This document shows, in pieces, positions 10,629 through 22,856 of a DNA stretch of 64,000 nucleotides. Positions within the stretch are counted from its first letter, which is position 1; each line of letters opens with the position of its first letter. The notes below the pieces were generated by a model, which was not told the DNA's origin, searched no databases, and was given only the letters and a program-made list of their open reading frames with translations. This DNA is from an uncultured Fibrobacteria bacterium (GTDB taxonomy: Bacteria > Fibrobacterota > Fibrobacteria > UBA11236): NCBI GenBank assembly GCA_963716395.1, contig OY970309.1:2016001-2080000 (forward strand), given 5' to 3'. Position numbers and translations under genes: made by a program.

Positions 10629-11538
10629 AGCCAAGCCCTTGCGCTGCATCGATCCGCATATCCACATGGTGTCGCGCACTACCGACGATTACGAGGCCAT
10701 GCGGGCCGGCGGGGTGGTGGCCGTGATCGAGCCCGCCTTCTGGGTCGGCCAGCCGCGCACCACGCCCGGCACCTTCATCGACTATTTCGCTTCGCTGCTG
10801 GGCTGGGAGCGCTTCCGCGCGGCGCAATTCGGCATTCGGCATTATTGCACCATCGGGCTCAACTCCAAAGAGGCCAACAATGAGCCGCTGGCCGAACAGG
10901 TGATGGATCTGTTGCCCCGCTTCGCGGGCAAAGAAGGCGTGGTGGCCATCGGCGAAATCGGCTATGACGAAATCACCGCGGCCGAGGAAAAATTCTTCCG
11001 GCGGCAATTGGAACTGGCTAAAGAACTCGACCTGCCCGTCATGATCCACACTCCGCATCGCGACAAGAAGCGCGGCACCTCGCGCAGCATGGATGTGATC
11101 GTGGAGCACGGCATCGCGCCGACGAAGGTGGTCATCGACCATAACAATGAAGAGACGTGCAAGGAGGTGCTGGATCGCGGCTTCTGGTGCGCCTTCACCA
11201 TTTACCCCAAAACCAAGATGGGGAATATGCGCATGGTCGGGCTGGCCAAAAAGTACGGCTCCGAACGCGTGATCGTCGACAGCAGCGCCGACTGGGGCAT
11301 CAGCGACCCGCAGGCGGTTCCCAAAACCGCCCTGCTCATGCTTGAACAGGGGGTTGCCCGCGCCGACGTGGAAAAAATCTGCTATGGTAACGCCCTGGCG
11401 GCTTACGGCCAGAGCGGGCAAATGCGCGAAAGCGACTGGCTCGACCCCGCGCGCGTCGATCGCTCGCAAGTGTTCGCAGGCAACAGCATTTTGCGCGGCG
11501 GCGGCGCCGCACCCGCCGACGAACGGGTGATCGAATAA
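10621..11538 (+). CDS. eboB: TatD-family metallohydrolase (EboB type)
   Basis: IDPHIHMVSRTTDDYEAM, EPAFWVGQPRT, AIGEIGYD, HTPHRDKKRG, IDHNNEE and DSSADWGISDP. Confidence 0.85.
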   Translation: MSEAKPLRCIDPHIHMVSRTTDDYEAMRAGGVVAVIEPAFWVGQPRTTPGTFIDYFASLLGWERFRAAQFGIRHYCTIGLNSKEANNEPLAEQVMDLLPRFAGKEGVVAIGEIGYDEITAAEEKFFRRQLELAKELDLPVMIHTPHRDKKRGTSRSMDVIVEHGIAPTKVVIDHNNEETCKEVLDRGFWCAFTIYPKTKMGNMRMVGLAKKYGSERVIVDSSADWGISDPQAVPKTALLMLEQGVARADVEKICYGNALAAYGQSGQMRESDWLDPARVDRSQVFAGNSILRGGGAAPADERVIE

Positions 11539-11589
11539 GCCGGCCCGGAGCGGCATCCCGCCCAGGTATCCTCTGAGTTACAGATGCGG

Positions 11590-11608
11590 CGGCCCCGATG
11601 CGGGGCCG
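11590..11608. terminator. GC-rich hairpin between convergent genes (possible bidirectional terminator)
   Basis: Perfect stem CGGCCCCG-ATG-CGGGGCCG between the eboB stop and the serine hydrolase stop; no clear U-tract. Confidence 0.35.
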
Positions 11609-11617
11609 ACCCGCGCG

Positions 11618-13552
11618 TCAAAACAAGTCGATGCCCGGCCAGGCGATACCGGCGTTTTTGACGTTCGTCATCATTTGATCCAACACGAAACTGAAATCCG
11701 TGTTGGGATTGGTGGTGTCGCGGCTGTTGGAGACTGAAATCATGATGAACCCGTCGCCGGTACGGTGCAGCATGGCGCTGGTGCCGTCGAGCCCGCCGTT
11801 ATGCCAGACGCTGCCGCCGCCGTCGTTCACCCAGCCGCACCCGTAATTCGAAGGATTGCCCGCCGTGTCCACCACGCCTTTGGGTGGGGTCATGGTCGTG
11901 TCCCAGTCGGCTTTGGTCAAGAGGTCGGCGGGTGAACCGACGCCGTCGTCATGCACCCCGAAACGGGCCAGGTCGACGGCCGACGCAATCCAGCCGCCAT
12001 GCGAATCCATGCGCGGAATGTTGTAGCCGTAGGGATTGCCGGGCGCGTAATACTTCACCTCGTGCAGGGCCGTATTGCGGTCGGCCAAGGTGCTGCCCGC
12101 GATTTCCATGTCGTGAATGCCGCAAGGCGCCAGCACATGGGCCTTGACCCAAGCGGCATAGCTTTGCCCGCCCAGCTTTTCCACGACGCGGCCGAGAAGG
12201 CAGAAGCCGAAATTCGCATAGCAATACACCTTGCCGGGCGGATTCACCAGCGGCAGATTGTTCATGGTCCAGGTGATGAGCTGGGCGTGATCCATGCTCG
12301 GGTTGGTGAACATGGGATCGATGGTGTCGGCCGTCGAACGCTTGCCCCGGCCCGACCAGCCGCCCGCGTCGTGGTTCAGCAGATTGCGCACCGTGATCTT
12401 CTTCATGTTTTGCGTGTAATTCGCGGGCGTGCCATAGGTGTTGTCCAAGATGGCGCCCGACCCGAATACCTTGTCGTCGAGCTTCAATTTGCCCATTTCC
12501 TTGAGCTTGAAAATGGCGGCCGAGGTGATGGTTTTGGTCACGCTCATGATGCGGAAATGGCTGTCGGCATGCGCGGGTTCGTGATTTTCTTTATCGGCCA
12601 TGCCGTAGGCCTTGGCGAACACCAACCGGCCGTTTCTGGCCACGGCCATGGAAATGGCGGGCGCCGAGGTGGTGCGCAGGACTTGGTTCACCACGCTGTC
12701 GATCTTGTCCAAATCCTTCTGGCTGTACGCGGGGTTGTCCCAAATCGCGGCGTAGCGATCCGAGCCGCTGACGGTGTAGCCGTCGACCTCGACGGGACGA
12801 TAACCCTGATAGAAGAAGTCGTCGAAATCGAGTTGGTAATCCGACGCCGACAGCCCGTGCTTGGCCTGCCAGGGAAGGCCCGATTGTCTATCCCAAATGG
12901 CGGCGTAAAAATCCTGGTTGCCGAGGCCGTAGCCGCTGACTTCGCGCAGGCGAAAACCTTTGTGCGTCAGCGAATCAAAGACATGCTGGTATTCCGAAGC
13001 GGTCAAGCCATGCCGCGCCTCGTACACCGGCCCGGCGCTCTTGTCCCAAATGGCCGCGTAGCAAACCGCATGGCCGCAGGCATAGCCGCTGACTTCGAGC
13101 AGCCGGTAGCCCTTGGTTTTGAGCGAGTCGAAAACGTGCTGGTATTGCGCCGCAGTCAAACCGTGGCGCGCATCCCAGGCGGCGCCGCCCGCGTGGTTCC
13201 AGATCGCGGCGTAATAATCCTGTCCCGCGACTTCGTAGCCGCTCACCCAAACCGGGCGATACCCCTTGGTTTTGAGCGAGTCGAATTCATGCTGGTATTG
13301 AGCCGAGGTGAGCCCATGCCGCGCCTGCCAGGCCGGGCCGCCCGATTGATCCCACAGCGCGGCGTAGCGCGCTTCGTTGCCGACGGCATAACCCGAAACG
13401 TCGACGAGGCGGTAACCTTTGGTTTTAAGCGAATCGAACACATGCTGATATTGCGCCGCGCTCAACCCGTGGCGCGCCACCCAGGCCGGAACGGCCTGCG
13501 CGGCCAAACAAGCACCCAGTACCAGACCAATCCATCGCGAAGAAACGGGCAT
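11618..13552 (-). CDS. Secreted serine hydrolase (beta-lactamase/PBP fold) with five N-terminal BTRD1 (polyglycine-hydrolase-like) repeats
   Basis: AAGGAG RBS and a signal peptide from ATG 13552; five ~49-aa repeats WxARHGLxAxxYQ..GYR..VSGY..YAAIW; catalytic SxxK (MSVTK), YxN (YANF) and WHNG. Confidence 0.85.
   Translation of the reverse strand: MPVSSRWIGLVLGACLAAQAVPAWVARHGLSAAQYQHVFDSLKTKGYRLVDVSGYAVGNEARYAALWDQSGGPAWQARHGLTSAQYQHEFDSLKTKGYRPVWVSGYEVAGQDYYAAIWNHAGGAAWDARHGLTAAQYQHVFDSLKTKGYRLLEVSGYACGHAVCYAAIWDKSAGPVYEARHGLTASEYQHVFDSLTHKGFRLREVSGYGLGNQDFYAAIWDRQSGLPWQAKHGLSASDYQLDFDDFFYQGYRPVEVDGYTVSGSDRYAAIWDNPAYSQKDLDKIDSVVNQVLRTTSAPAISMAVARNGRLVFAKAYGMADKENHEPAHADSHFRIMSVTKTITSAAIFKLKEMGKLKLDDKVFGSGAILDNTYGTPANYTQNMKKITVRNLLNHDAGGWSGRGKRSTADTIDPMFTNPSMDHAQLITWTMNNLPLVNPPGKVYCYANFGFCLLGRVVEKLGGQSYAAWVKAHVLAPCGIHDMEIAGSTLADRNTALHEVKYYAPGNPYGYNIPRMDSHGGWIASAVDLARFGVHDDGVGSPADLLTKADWDTTMTPPKGVVDTAGNPSNYGCGWVNDGGGSVWHNGGLDGTSAMLHRTGDGFIMISVSNSRDTTNPNTDFSFVLDQMMTNVKNAGIAWPGIDLF
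12740..13485 (-). repeat. Five tandem ~147-150 bp coding repeats (BTRD1 units)
   Basis: Repeated HGL(S/T)AxxYQ and FDSLKTKGYR blocks are visible in both protein and DNA. Confidence 0.75.
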
Positions 13553-13704
13553 AGCGACTCCTTTTGTGCGCATCGGTTTTGTCCCGAAGCCGATGGCGGG
13601 GCTTAGACGTCTCACTAAAGAGAATGGTGCCATATCGGCGGGCATAAGTTAGTACTTCGATTCCGCCGCTCCCGGGCGTGAAAGGCGAATGCGGGGTGGG
13701 GGAT

Positions 13705-16428
<2,724 letters not shown>

Positions 16429-16502
16429 GGCGCGATTCGCCGGGAAGGGATTAACGTCAAAGAGTACATTTTCACCATGCTGCGAAAAAATCCCCACGCG
16501 CC

Positions 16503-17285
16503 GTGATGCGCCCTTCCGCACCCTTATTGTGGCTGGGTTGGATGGTAGCGGCGGCCTGGATGCCGGCGCCGGCGCAATGGGCCACGCCGCCCTTGCTCAA
16601 ACCGGAAATCGAAGCCGAGCTGCCGCATGACACCGCCGCCTTCACCCAAGGGCTGTTGTGGTTGGACGGCAAGTTGTACGAAAGCACGGGATTGTACGGA
16701 CAATCCTCGCTGCGTGAATTGAATCCCGAAAACGGCGCCGTGATCCGCCGCCAACCCGTGGCGCCGCAATACTTTGCCGAAGGGCTGGCCCAATTCCGCG
16801 GCGAGCTGGTGCAACTCACCTGGAAAGCGGGGGTGGCTTTTCGCTATCCCATGAAGCGCTGGGATCGGCCGCCCGGCCGTTTCACCTATGACGGCGAAGG
16901 CTGGGGCCTCACCACCTTGGGGCAATCGCTATGGATGAGCAACGGGTCCGACACCTTGTACCGCCGCGATGCCGCCTTCCGCGTCACGGGCCGGTTGCCG
17001 GTCACCTTGATGGGCAGGCCGTTGACGCATCTCAATGAACTTGAGGGCGTGTCCGGAAAAATCCTGGCCAACGTGTGGTATTGCGATTCGATCTTCATCA
17101 TCGACCCGCGCGAAGGCCGGGTGCTGGCGGTGGTTGACGGCACGCCGCTGGTCCGGCGCAGCCGGCGGAAATCGCCGGATGCAGTGCTCAACGGCATCGC
17201 CTACAACCCCCGCACCAAGGTGTTTTTCATCACCGGCAAGGATTGGCCCGTGCTGTTCAAGGTGCGTCTTCCCTTCACTTTCTGA
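16503..17285 (+). CDS. Glutaminyl-peptide cyclotransferase
   Basis: PHDTAAFTQGL, LYESTGLYGQSSLR, FAEGL, GEGWGLT, LNELE, VLNGIAY and TGKDWP. Confidence 0.9.
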   Translation: MMRPSAPLLWLGWMVAAAWMPAPAQWATPPLLKPEIEAELPHDTAAFTQGLLWLDGKLYESTGLYGQSSLRELNPENGAVIRRQPVAPQYFAEGLAQFRGELVQLTWKAGVAFRYPMKRWDRPPGRFTYDGEGWGLTTLGQSLWMSNGSDTLYRRDAAFRVTGRLPVTLMGRPLTHLNELEGVSGKILANVWYCDSIFIIDPREGRVLAVVDGTPLVRRSRRKSPDAVLNGIAYNPRTKVFFITGKDWPVLFKVRLPFTF

Positions 17286-17294
17286 GGCCGCATC

Positions 17295-17792
17295 GTGCGG
17301 CCGACCGCCCCAATTTTCGGTGTCGCGGCGCTGGCGGTCGCCGCTGGATGGTGGTCGTGCCGGTCGGTCGAAACGCCTCCGCCCGACCCCGCCGCCGCGG
17401 CCTGTGCCCGAGTCGCCGCCCAGGCCTTTCCCGCGGTCGCCAATGCCGGCGCGAAGCGGAACGACTCCAACGCAACCGCCATGTTACCTGGGACCTTTTA
17501 CCGCATCGCTTTGCAGCCCAGCCCGACCCAACCCGGGCGATATCTGGGTTTCGTGCCTCTGGCCATCGATAGTGCGGGTACATACCGCCTGTTCCTCGAC
17601 GCGGCCTATCCCTTGGCGTTGCTGGATTCGGCCGGAAACCCGCTCAGGGCTTCGGTTTCGGAACAGGATTCGGGCGTGTGCGCCGCGATCGATGTTTTCT
17701 ATACCTTCGCGTTGGCAGCCGGTTCTTATCAGGTGCAAGTGGGAACCACCGACTCGACCCATGCTGGCTTCCTGGCCGAAGCCGTACCGTGA
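17295..17792 (+). CDS. Hypothetical lipoprotein
   Basis: Hydrophobic N-terminus ending in WWSC (lipobox-like); tightly packed in the operon. Confidence 0.55.
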   Translation: MRPTAPIFGVAALAVAAGWWSCRSVETPPPDPAAAACARVAAQAFPAVANAGAKRNDSNATAMLPGTFYRIALQPSPTQPGRYLGFVPLAIDSAGTYRLFLDAAYPLALLDSAGNPLRASVSEQDSGVCAAIDVFYTFALAAGSYQVQVGTTDSTHAGFLAEAVP

Positions 17793-18979
17793 GGCCGCGG
17801 TTGAGATTGCGGCGGTGGGGGGCGGTCGCACGGCGCCTCTTCTGTCCCTTAGGTCTCTCGTGCCTCCTGTGCCTCCTGGCCGCGGGCTGCCGGCCCGCCG
17901 CAGCGCCCCGGACCAAGGTGAAAACCGATCCCTTGCGCTGGGCCCGTTGCGTGACCTGGGTAGTGCGCGATTCTGTGACGCATCTAACGGTTTATCCGGC
18001 CTGGAAAGGCGACCCGTCGCCGCTGCGCTACGCCTTGATCCCGCGCGGTGCGGCCGGGGTCGCTCCCGGCGAAATCGCCCTGCCGGTGCCGGCGCGGCGC
18101 ATCGTCTGCCTGGCTTCGGTGCATGCGGGCTATCTGGCGGCCCTGGGGGACGAGGCGTCGATCGTGGCTGTGGGCGCGGCCGGGGATGTGTATGACAGCG
18201 CGTTGCGCGCCGCCGTGCGCGCCGGCCGCGTGGCCGCGGTGGGATCGGGGTCGCAGCTCAATGCCGAAGCCGTGCTGGCCTTGCATCCCGATTTGGTGCT
18301 GGCCAATGCCGTCGACGCAGCGGATTACGCGGCCTTGCAGCGTCTGCAGGCCGCAGGCATTCCGGTATGCGTGACCGCGGAGTGGATGGAGGATCACCCG
18401 CTGGCGCGGGCCGAATGGCTGCGTGTATTTGGGCGGCTGGTGGGCCGGGGCGGGCGGGCCGATTCGCTGTTCGCCGCCGAAGCGGCGGCCTATTTGTCGC
18501 TGGCGCGGCGCGGCGCCGAGGAGAAGAACCGGCCCACGGTGATCGTGGGCGCGCCTTTCCGCGACACCTGGTTTGTGCCCGGGGGGCGCAGCTTCATGGC
18601 CCGCTTTCTCTCCGACGCCGGAGCGGATTACCTTTGGCAGCATGACACCACGGCCGGCGGCGTGCCCTTGAGTCTGGAAGCGGTATTGGCGCGGGGCCGC
18701 AACGCCGCGTTTTGGCTCGAACCCGGCAATTGGCGCACCTTGCAGGACGGCCGGCGGCAAGATGCGCGTCTCGCGGTTTTTTCCGCCTTTCGGCGCGGGG
18801 CGGTGTACAACAATGATGCCCGCACGGCGCCCGCGGGCGGGAATGACTTTTGGGAGTCGGCTCCGGTGTATCCGCATCGGGTGCTGCGCGACCTGTTGGC
18901 GATTTTCCATCCCGCCGATTTTCCCGGCCCCCTGTTTTATTATCGCCGCCTGCCCGCGGGCGACGCGCATCACCCTTGA
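17789..18979 (+). CDS. ABC transporter substrate-binding lipoprotein (cobalamin/iron-siderophore, BtuF-like)
   Basis: LAAGC lipobox, PARRIVCL, NAEAVLALHPDLVL, EWMEDHPLARAEWL and GGNDFWESAPVYPHRVLRDL. Confidence 0.85.
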   Translation: MRPRLRLRRWGAVARRLFCPLGLSCLLCLLAAGCRPAAAPRTKVKTDPLRWARCVTWVVRDSVTHLTVYPAWKGDPSPLRYALIPRGAAGVAPGEIALPVPARRIVCLASVHAGYLAALGDEASIVAVGAAGDVYDSALRAAVRAGRVAAVGSGSQLNAEAVLALHPDLVLANAVDAADYAALQRLQAAGIPVCVTAEWMEDHPLARAEWLRVFGRLVGRGGRADSLFAAEAAAYLSLARRGAEEKNRPTVIVGAPFRDTWFVPGGRSFMARFLSDAGADYLWQHDTTAGGVPLSLEAVLARGRNAAFWLEPGNWRTLQDGRRQDARLAVFSAFRRGAVYNNDARTAPAGGNDFWESAPVYPHRVLRDLLAIFHPADFPGPLFYYRRLPAGDAHHP

Positions 18980-20019
18980 TGTCACCGCGTCTGCGCGAGC
19001 CGGTGGTATTTGCGCTGCTCGCCCTATCGGCCCTGCTCGCGTTTGCCGCCGATTGCGGGGCCGGACCCGCCGCGTTGTCGTGGAATGATATCCGTCACGT
19101 TTTTTCACCGGTTGTGACCGCGGGCGCGGGAACGGGCGCGGAAATTTTGCGCGACTTCCGCCTGCCCCGCGCCGTGGCCGCGTTGTGCGCCGGAGCCGGG
19201 CTCGGCCTTGCGGGCTTTTTGCTGCAAACCCAGTTCCGCAACCCCTTGGCCGGGCCGGCCGAGCTGGGCATCAGCTCGGGCGCCGGGCTGGGGGTAGCCG
19301 TTCTGTTACTGGTCGAGCCGCTGCTGCCCGCCGCCTGGGTGGCGGCGTTGGGCGCGTGGCCGCTGGCCGCCGCCGCGGCCGTAGGGGCCTGCGCCACCTT
19401 GCTCTTGCTGCTGCCTTTGGCGGCGCGGCTCTGGGACGCGGCGTCGCTGCTTTTGGCGGGCCTGATGTTGGCCAGCGCCTGCGGAGCCCTCGTCAGCCTT
19501 TTGCAATATTTCAGCGCGGCCGCGCCCTTGAAAACCTATGTGCTCTGGGGGATGGGCGGGCTGGGCGGCGTAACCTGGCCGCAAAATGGAGTGCTCGCGC
19601 TGTGCACGGCGGCGGGCACGCTGGCGGCCCTGCTTTTGTCGCGGCCGCTATACGCCTTTTTGCTGGGGGAAAACGCGGCCGCCGCCCTGGGTATTTCGGT
19701 GCGGCGCTTTCGCCTGGCGGTGCTCCTCGTGGCCGGACTTTTATCCGGAGCGGTTACGGCCTTTTGCGGACCCATCGCTTTCGTGGGTCTGGCCGTGCCC
19801 CATCTCGCGCGCGGCGTGTTGCGGCGATCCGATCCCAAAGCCGTGCAACCGGCTTGCGCCCTGCTGGGCGCCACGTTGCTTCTGGTCTGCGACGCTATCA
19901 GCCATTTTCCCGGGCAGGACGCGGTGCTGCCCATCAACGCCATCACCGCGTTGTTCGGCGCGCCCACGGTGCTGGTCATTCTTTTGCGGCGGCCCCGCTC
20001 GGCGGGTTCCGGAGCATGA
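18979..20019 (+). CDS. FecCD/BtuC-family ABC transporter permease
   Basis: FRLPRA, QTQFRNPLAGP..LGISSGAGLG, LGENAAAALGI and GPIAFVGLAVPHLAR. Confidence 0.9.
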   Translation: MSPRLREPVVFALLALSALLAFAADCGAGPAALSWNDIRHVFSPVVTAGAGTGAEILRDFRLPRAVAALCAGAGLGLAGFLLQTQFRNPLAGPAELGISSGAGLGVAVLLLVEPLLPAAWVAALGAWPLAAAAAVGACATLLLLLPLAARLWDAASLLLAGLMLASACGALVSLLQYFSAAAPLKTYVLWGMGGLGGVTWPQNGVLALCTAAGTLAALLLSRPLYAFLLGENAAAALGISVRRFRLAVLLVAGLLSGAVTAFCGPIAFVGLAVPHLARGVLRRSDPKAVQPACALLGATLLLVCDAISHFPGQDAVLPINAITALFGAPTVLVILLRRPRSAGSGA

Positions 20020-20807
20020 AGCCGACGGACTTGCTCGCCGCGCGCGCCCTGGCCGTGGGACATGGGCGGCCTTTGTTTCCTCCGGCGGATTTTTCCTTGC
20101 GAGCTGGCGAGCTGGTCGGCCTGCTCGGCCCCAACGGCGCGGGCAAAACCACCTGGCTGAAAACCTTGTCCGGTCTGCTGCCGCCCTGTGCGGGTGAAGT
20201 GCACCTGCGGGGCCGTCGCTTACGCGAACTTTCCGGACGCGAACGGGCCCAAAGCCTGGCTTTGCTTCTGGTCGACCCCGGATTGCCGCCGTTTCTGTCG
20301 GGATGGGAATTGGCGGCCCTGGGGCGCACGCCGCATCGCACCGGGCTGGGTTTTTCCACGCCCGCCGATCGCGCGGCGGTGCAGGCGGCCTTGGAACAGC
20401 TTCACTGCCTGCCTTGGGCCAATCGCCGCCTGGGGACGCTCAGCGATGGCGAGCGGCAGCGCCTGTGCTTGGCGCGCATCGTGGCGCAAGACGCACCCGC
20501 TCTGCTGCTCGACGAACCCACGGCGCATCTCGATTTTCCCGCCAAAGTCGAGGTGCTGCTCCTGCTGCGCGGGCTGGCGCGCCGCGAAGGCAAAGCCGTG
20601 CTGGCTTCCTTGCACGATCTGGATTTGGCACTGGGATTCTGCGACCGGTGCCTCATCCTCGCTCCCGATCGCGCGCCTTTTTGCGGCACCCCGGAAGCCG
20701 CGGCCGGCGGCCCATTGCGCGCGGCCTTTCCCGGCCTGCCGGATTTTTGGGATCCGCTTTGGCTACGCGCGCGGATGCCGGCCGACGCAGCCGAATCCTC
20801 CTCGTGA
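20016..20807 (+). CDS. ABC transporter ATP-binding protein
   Basis: Walker A GPNGAGKT, signature LSDGERQR, Walker B LLLDEPT and the H-loop. Confidence 0.9.
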   Translation: MKPTDLLAARALAVGHGRPLFPPADFSLRAGELVGLLGPNGAGKTTWLKTLSGLLPPCAGEVHLRGRRLRELSGRERAQSLALLLVDPGLPPFLSGWELAALGRTPHRTGLGFSTPADRAAVQAALEQLHCLPWANRRLGTLSDGERQRLCLARIVAQDAPALLLDEPTAHLDFPAKVEVLLLLRGLARREGKAVLASLHDLDLALGFCDRCLILAPDRAPFCGTPEAAAGGPLRAAFPGLPDFWDPLWLRARMPADAAESSS

Positions 20808-20837
20808 GGGATAGGGGTACCTCGAATAGAGGTACCC

Positions 20838-21656
20838 TTAAAATCGGCGCGAGCGAAAGTCCTCGATGTTCACGAAATTACCGCGTTGGCGGCGCTTCAT
20901 TTCACTGACGCGGTTCAGCTTTTCTTTCTCGTCGCGCGTCAGCGATTGCATGCCGTGGCGGCTGATCTTCTCCAGAATGGGATCGATGTCGACCATGGCG
21001 GCCCGCAGCTTTTCGCTTTCACGCTGGTCCCGGTTGCTGCGGCGGCGGTCTTGCAGGTCACGCCACAGCGCGACGGGGTTGAAACCCTGCACATTCCAGC
21101 GCAGAAACCCCCACGCGAACAGCGCGCCGCCCAGATGCGCGATATGCGCCACGTGATCGTTGGAGGTGATGAGCAGGAGTTCGACCGCGCCGATGATGAT
21201 GACGGCGTATTTGGCCGGCACCGGAAACAAGAAGAACATCAGGAAGGGCTGGTTGGGAAAGAAGCGCGCAAAAGCGACCATCAGCGCGAACAGCGCCCCC
21301 GAAGCGCCGATCACCAGCGAGGCGTCGCCGAGCAGGGCGTAGAATACCATGGAGCAGAGGCCGGCGAACACGCCCGACAGCAGGTAGAACCACCAGAACC
21401 GCCGTTCGCCCATGACTTGGGCCACGGGCACGCCGAACATCCACAGCATGAGCATGTTGAAGAGGATGTGCAGAAACGGCGGGTGGATGTCGTGCACGAA
21501 CATGTAGGTGACCAGCCGCCAGATCTCGAAGTGGTGTACGACGCGCAGGGGGTCGAGGCTCAGCCAGGGCAGCACCACCATGCCGCGCGTGACGAAGTCG
21601 AGCAGAAACACCGCGATGTTCGCGATGAGCAGAATGCGCACGGGGCGCGGCATCAT
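20838..21656 (-). CDS. Rhomboid family intramembrane serine protease
   Basis: WRLVTYMFVH, HILFNM, GASG catalytic Ser and AHLGG; C-terminal DPILEKISRHGMQSLT tail. Confidence 0.9.
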   Translation of the reverse strand: MMPRPVRILLIANIAVFLLDFVTRGMVVLPWLSLDPLRVVHHFEIWRLVTYMFVHDIHPPFLHILFNMLMLWMFGVPVAQVMGERRFWWFYLLSGVFAGLCSMVFYALLGDASLVIGASGALFALMVAFARFFPNQPFLMFFLFPVPAKYAVIIIGAVELLLITSNDHVAHIAHLGGALFAWGFLRWNVQGFNPVALWRDLQDRRRSNRDQRESEKLRAAMVDIDPILEKISRHGMQSLTRDEKEKLNRVSEMKRRQRGNFVNIEDFRSRRF

Positions 21657-21678
21657 CGATCCCACAAAAACTCCCGGA

Positions 21679-22173
21679 TCACGGCAATCGCTTTCCCTTC
21701 GACAATTTCCGGCGCAGGCGGGCTTCCACATGCGCCGGTACGAACTCCGAGATATTCCCACCCAGGGCCGCCAACTCACGCACAATGCTGGAAGCCAGAT
21801 AGGTGTACGGTTCCGATGGCATTAAGTACACGGTTTCGCAAAGCGGGTCGAGTTTTTTGTTCATCAGCGCCATCTGGAATTCGTATTCGAAATCGCTCAC
21901 GGCCCGCAGCCCGCGCAGCAGCACCTGCGCCTTGCGCTGGCGCAGACAATCGACCATCAGCCCCTGGTGGGCCAGCACCTCGACGTTTTTGAGATTGCGC
22001 GTGCATTGCCGCGTCATTTCCAGCCGTTCCCGGAGGGAGAACAGGGTGGTCTTGCGTGCGTTTACGGCCACCACCACATCGACGGCCGCGAACAAAGAGG
22101 CGGCGCGTCGAATGACGTCGAGATGCCCATTGGTAATAGGGTCGAAGGTGCCGGGATAAAGGGCTCGTGTCAC
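21679..22173 (-). CDS. coaD: Pantetheine-phosphate adenylyltransferase
   Basis: YPGTFDPITNGHLD, RGLRAVSDFEYE and SSIVRELA. Confidence 0.95.
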   Translation of the reverse strand: MTRALYPGTFDPITNGHLDVIRRAASLFAAVDVVVAVNARKTTLFSLRERLEMTRQCTRNLKNVEVLAHQGLMVDCLRQRKAQVLLRGLRAVSDFEYEFQMALMNKKLDPLCETVYLMPSEPYTYLASSIVRELAALGGNISEFVPAHVEARLRRKLSKGKRLP

Positions 22174-22205
22174 GCCAACTCCGGGTTTTATTGAGCAACA
22201 CTAAG

Positions 22206-22766
22206 CTAAAAATGCCCGGCGGCGAATAAGGCCAAAGATGACTCTCCATAGGCGTAAACTCGGGTCGCCGAATCCAGCCAGCCCGGCGGACGGCGCGAGG
22301 GAAATTGAATCAAGGCGGCGCCCTCTGGCGTCAGCAAAGGTGCGAGGACCGGCCACAAATCCGTAAATTCACGGGAAAACGGCGGGTCGGCAAAAACCAC
22401 CGCAAAGCGGCGCCCGGCGCGCGTGCAGTCGCGGCAAAATTCCATCGCCTCCTCGCGCCGACATTCCATGGATTCGGCGTCGGCGCCGCGTGCTTCCAGC
22501 CGCCCGCGGTTTTGCAACAGGGCGCGGAAGGCGTCGGGGTGGTTTTCGACCAAGACGATTTTGTGAAAGCCCCGGCTTACGGCTTCCAAGCCCACGGCGC
22601 CGGAGCCGGCGTAGAGGTCGAGAAACTCCCCGCTTTCGCTGCGCCCCCGCAGAATGTTGAATACCGCCTGTCGCACCTTGCCCGAGGTGGGGCGAGTGAG
22701 ATTTTTCCCCGACGGAGTTGTGAGCAAGGCGCCGCGAAATCGGCCGCCGGTTAAGGCAAGTGGCAT
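22206..22766 (-). CDS. rsmD: 16S rRNA (guanine(966)-N2)-methyltransferase
   Basis: TRPTSGKVRQAVFNIL, LDLYAGSGAVGLEAVSRG and FADPPF; usual rsmD-coaD synteny. Confidence 0.9.
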   Translation of the reverse strand: MPLALTGGRFRGALLTTPSGKNLTRPTSGKVRQAVFNILRGRSESGEFLDLYAGSGAVGLEAVSRGFHKIVLVENHPDAFRALLQNRGRLEARGADAESMECRREEAMEFCRDCTRAGRRFAVVFADPPFSREFTDLWPVLAPLLTPEGAALIQFPSRRPPGWLDSATRVYAYGESSLALFAAGHF

Positions 22767-22856
22767 GGTCTTAACGAAGAGGCGCGGCCGGAAGCCGCGC
22801 CGAAGAAATTAATCCCAAACAATTAATCCCAAACGGAGATGATCCGTGACGGACCA

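Noticed and set aside
17290-17790. Cobalamin riboswitch ahead of the Btu-like ABC transporter
   Set aside because: The region is fully coding and no B12-box was recognised, so the substrate (B12 vs iron) is left open.
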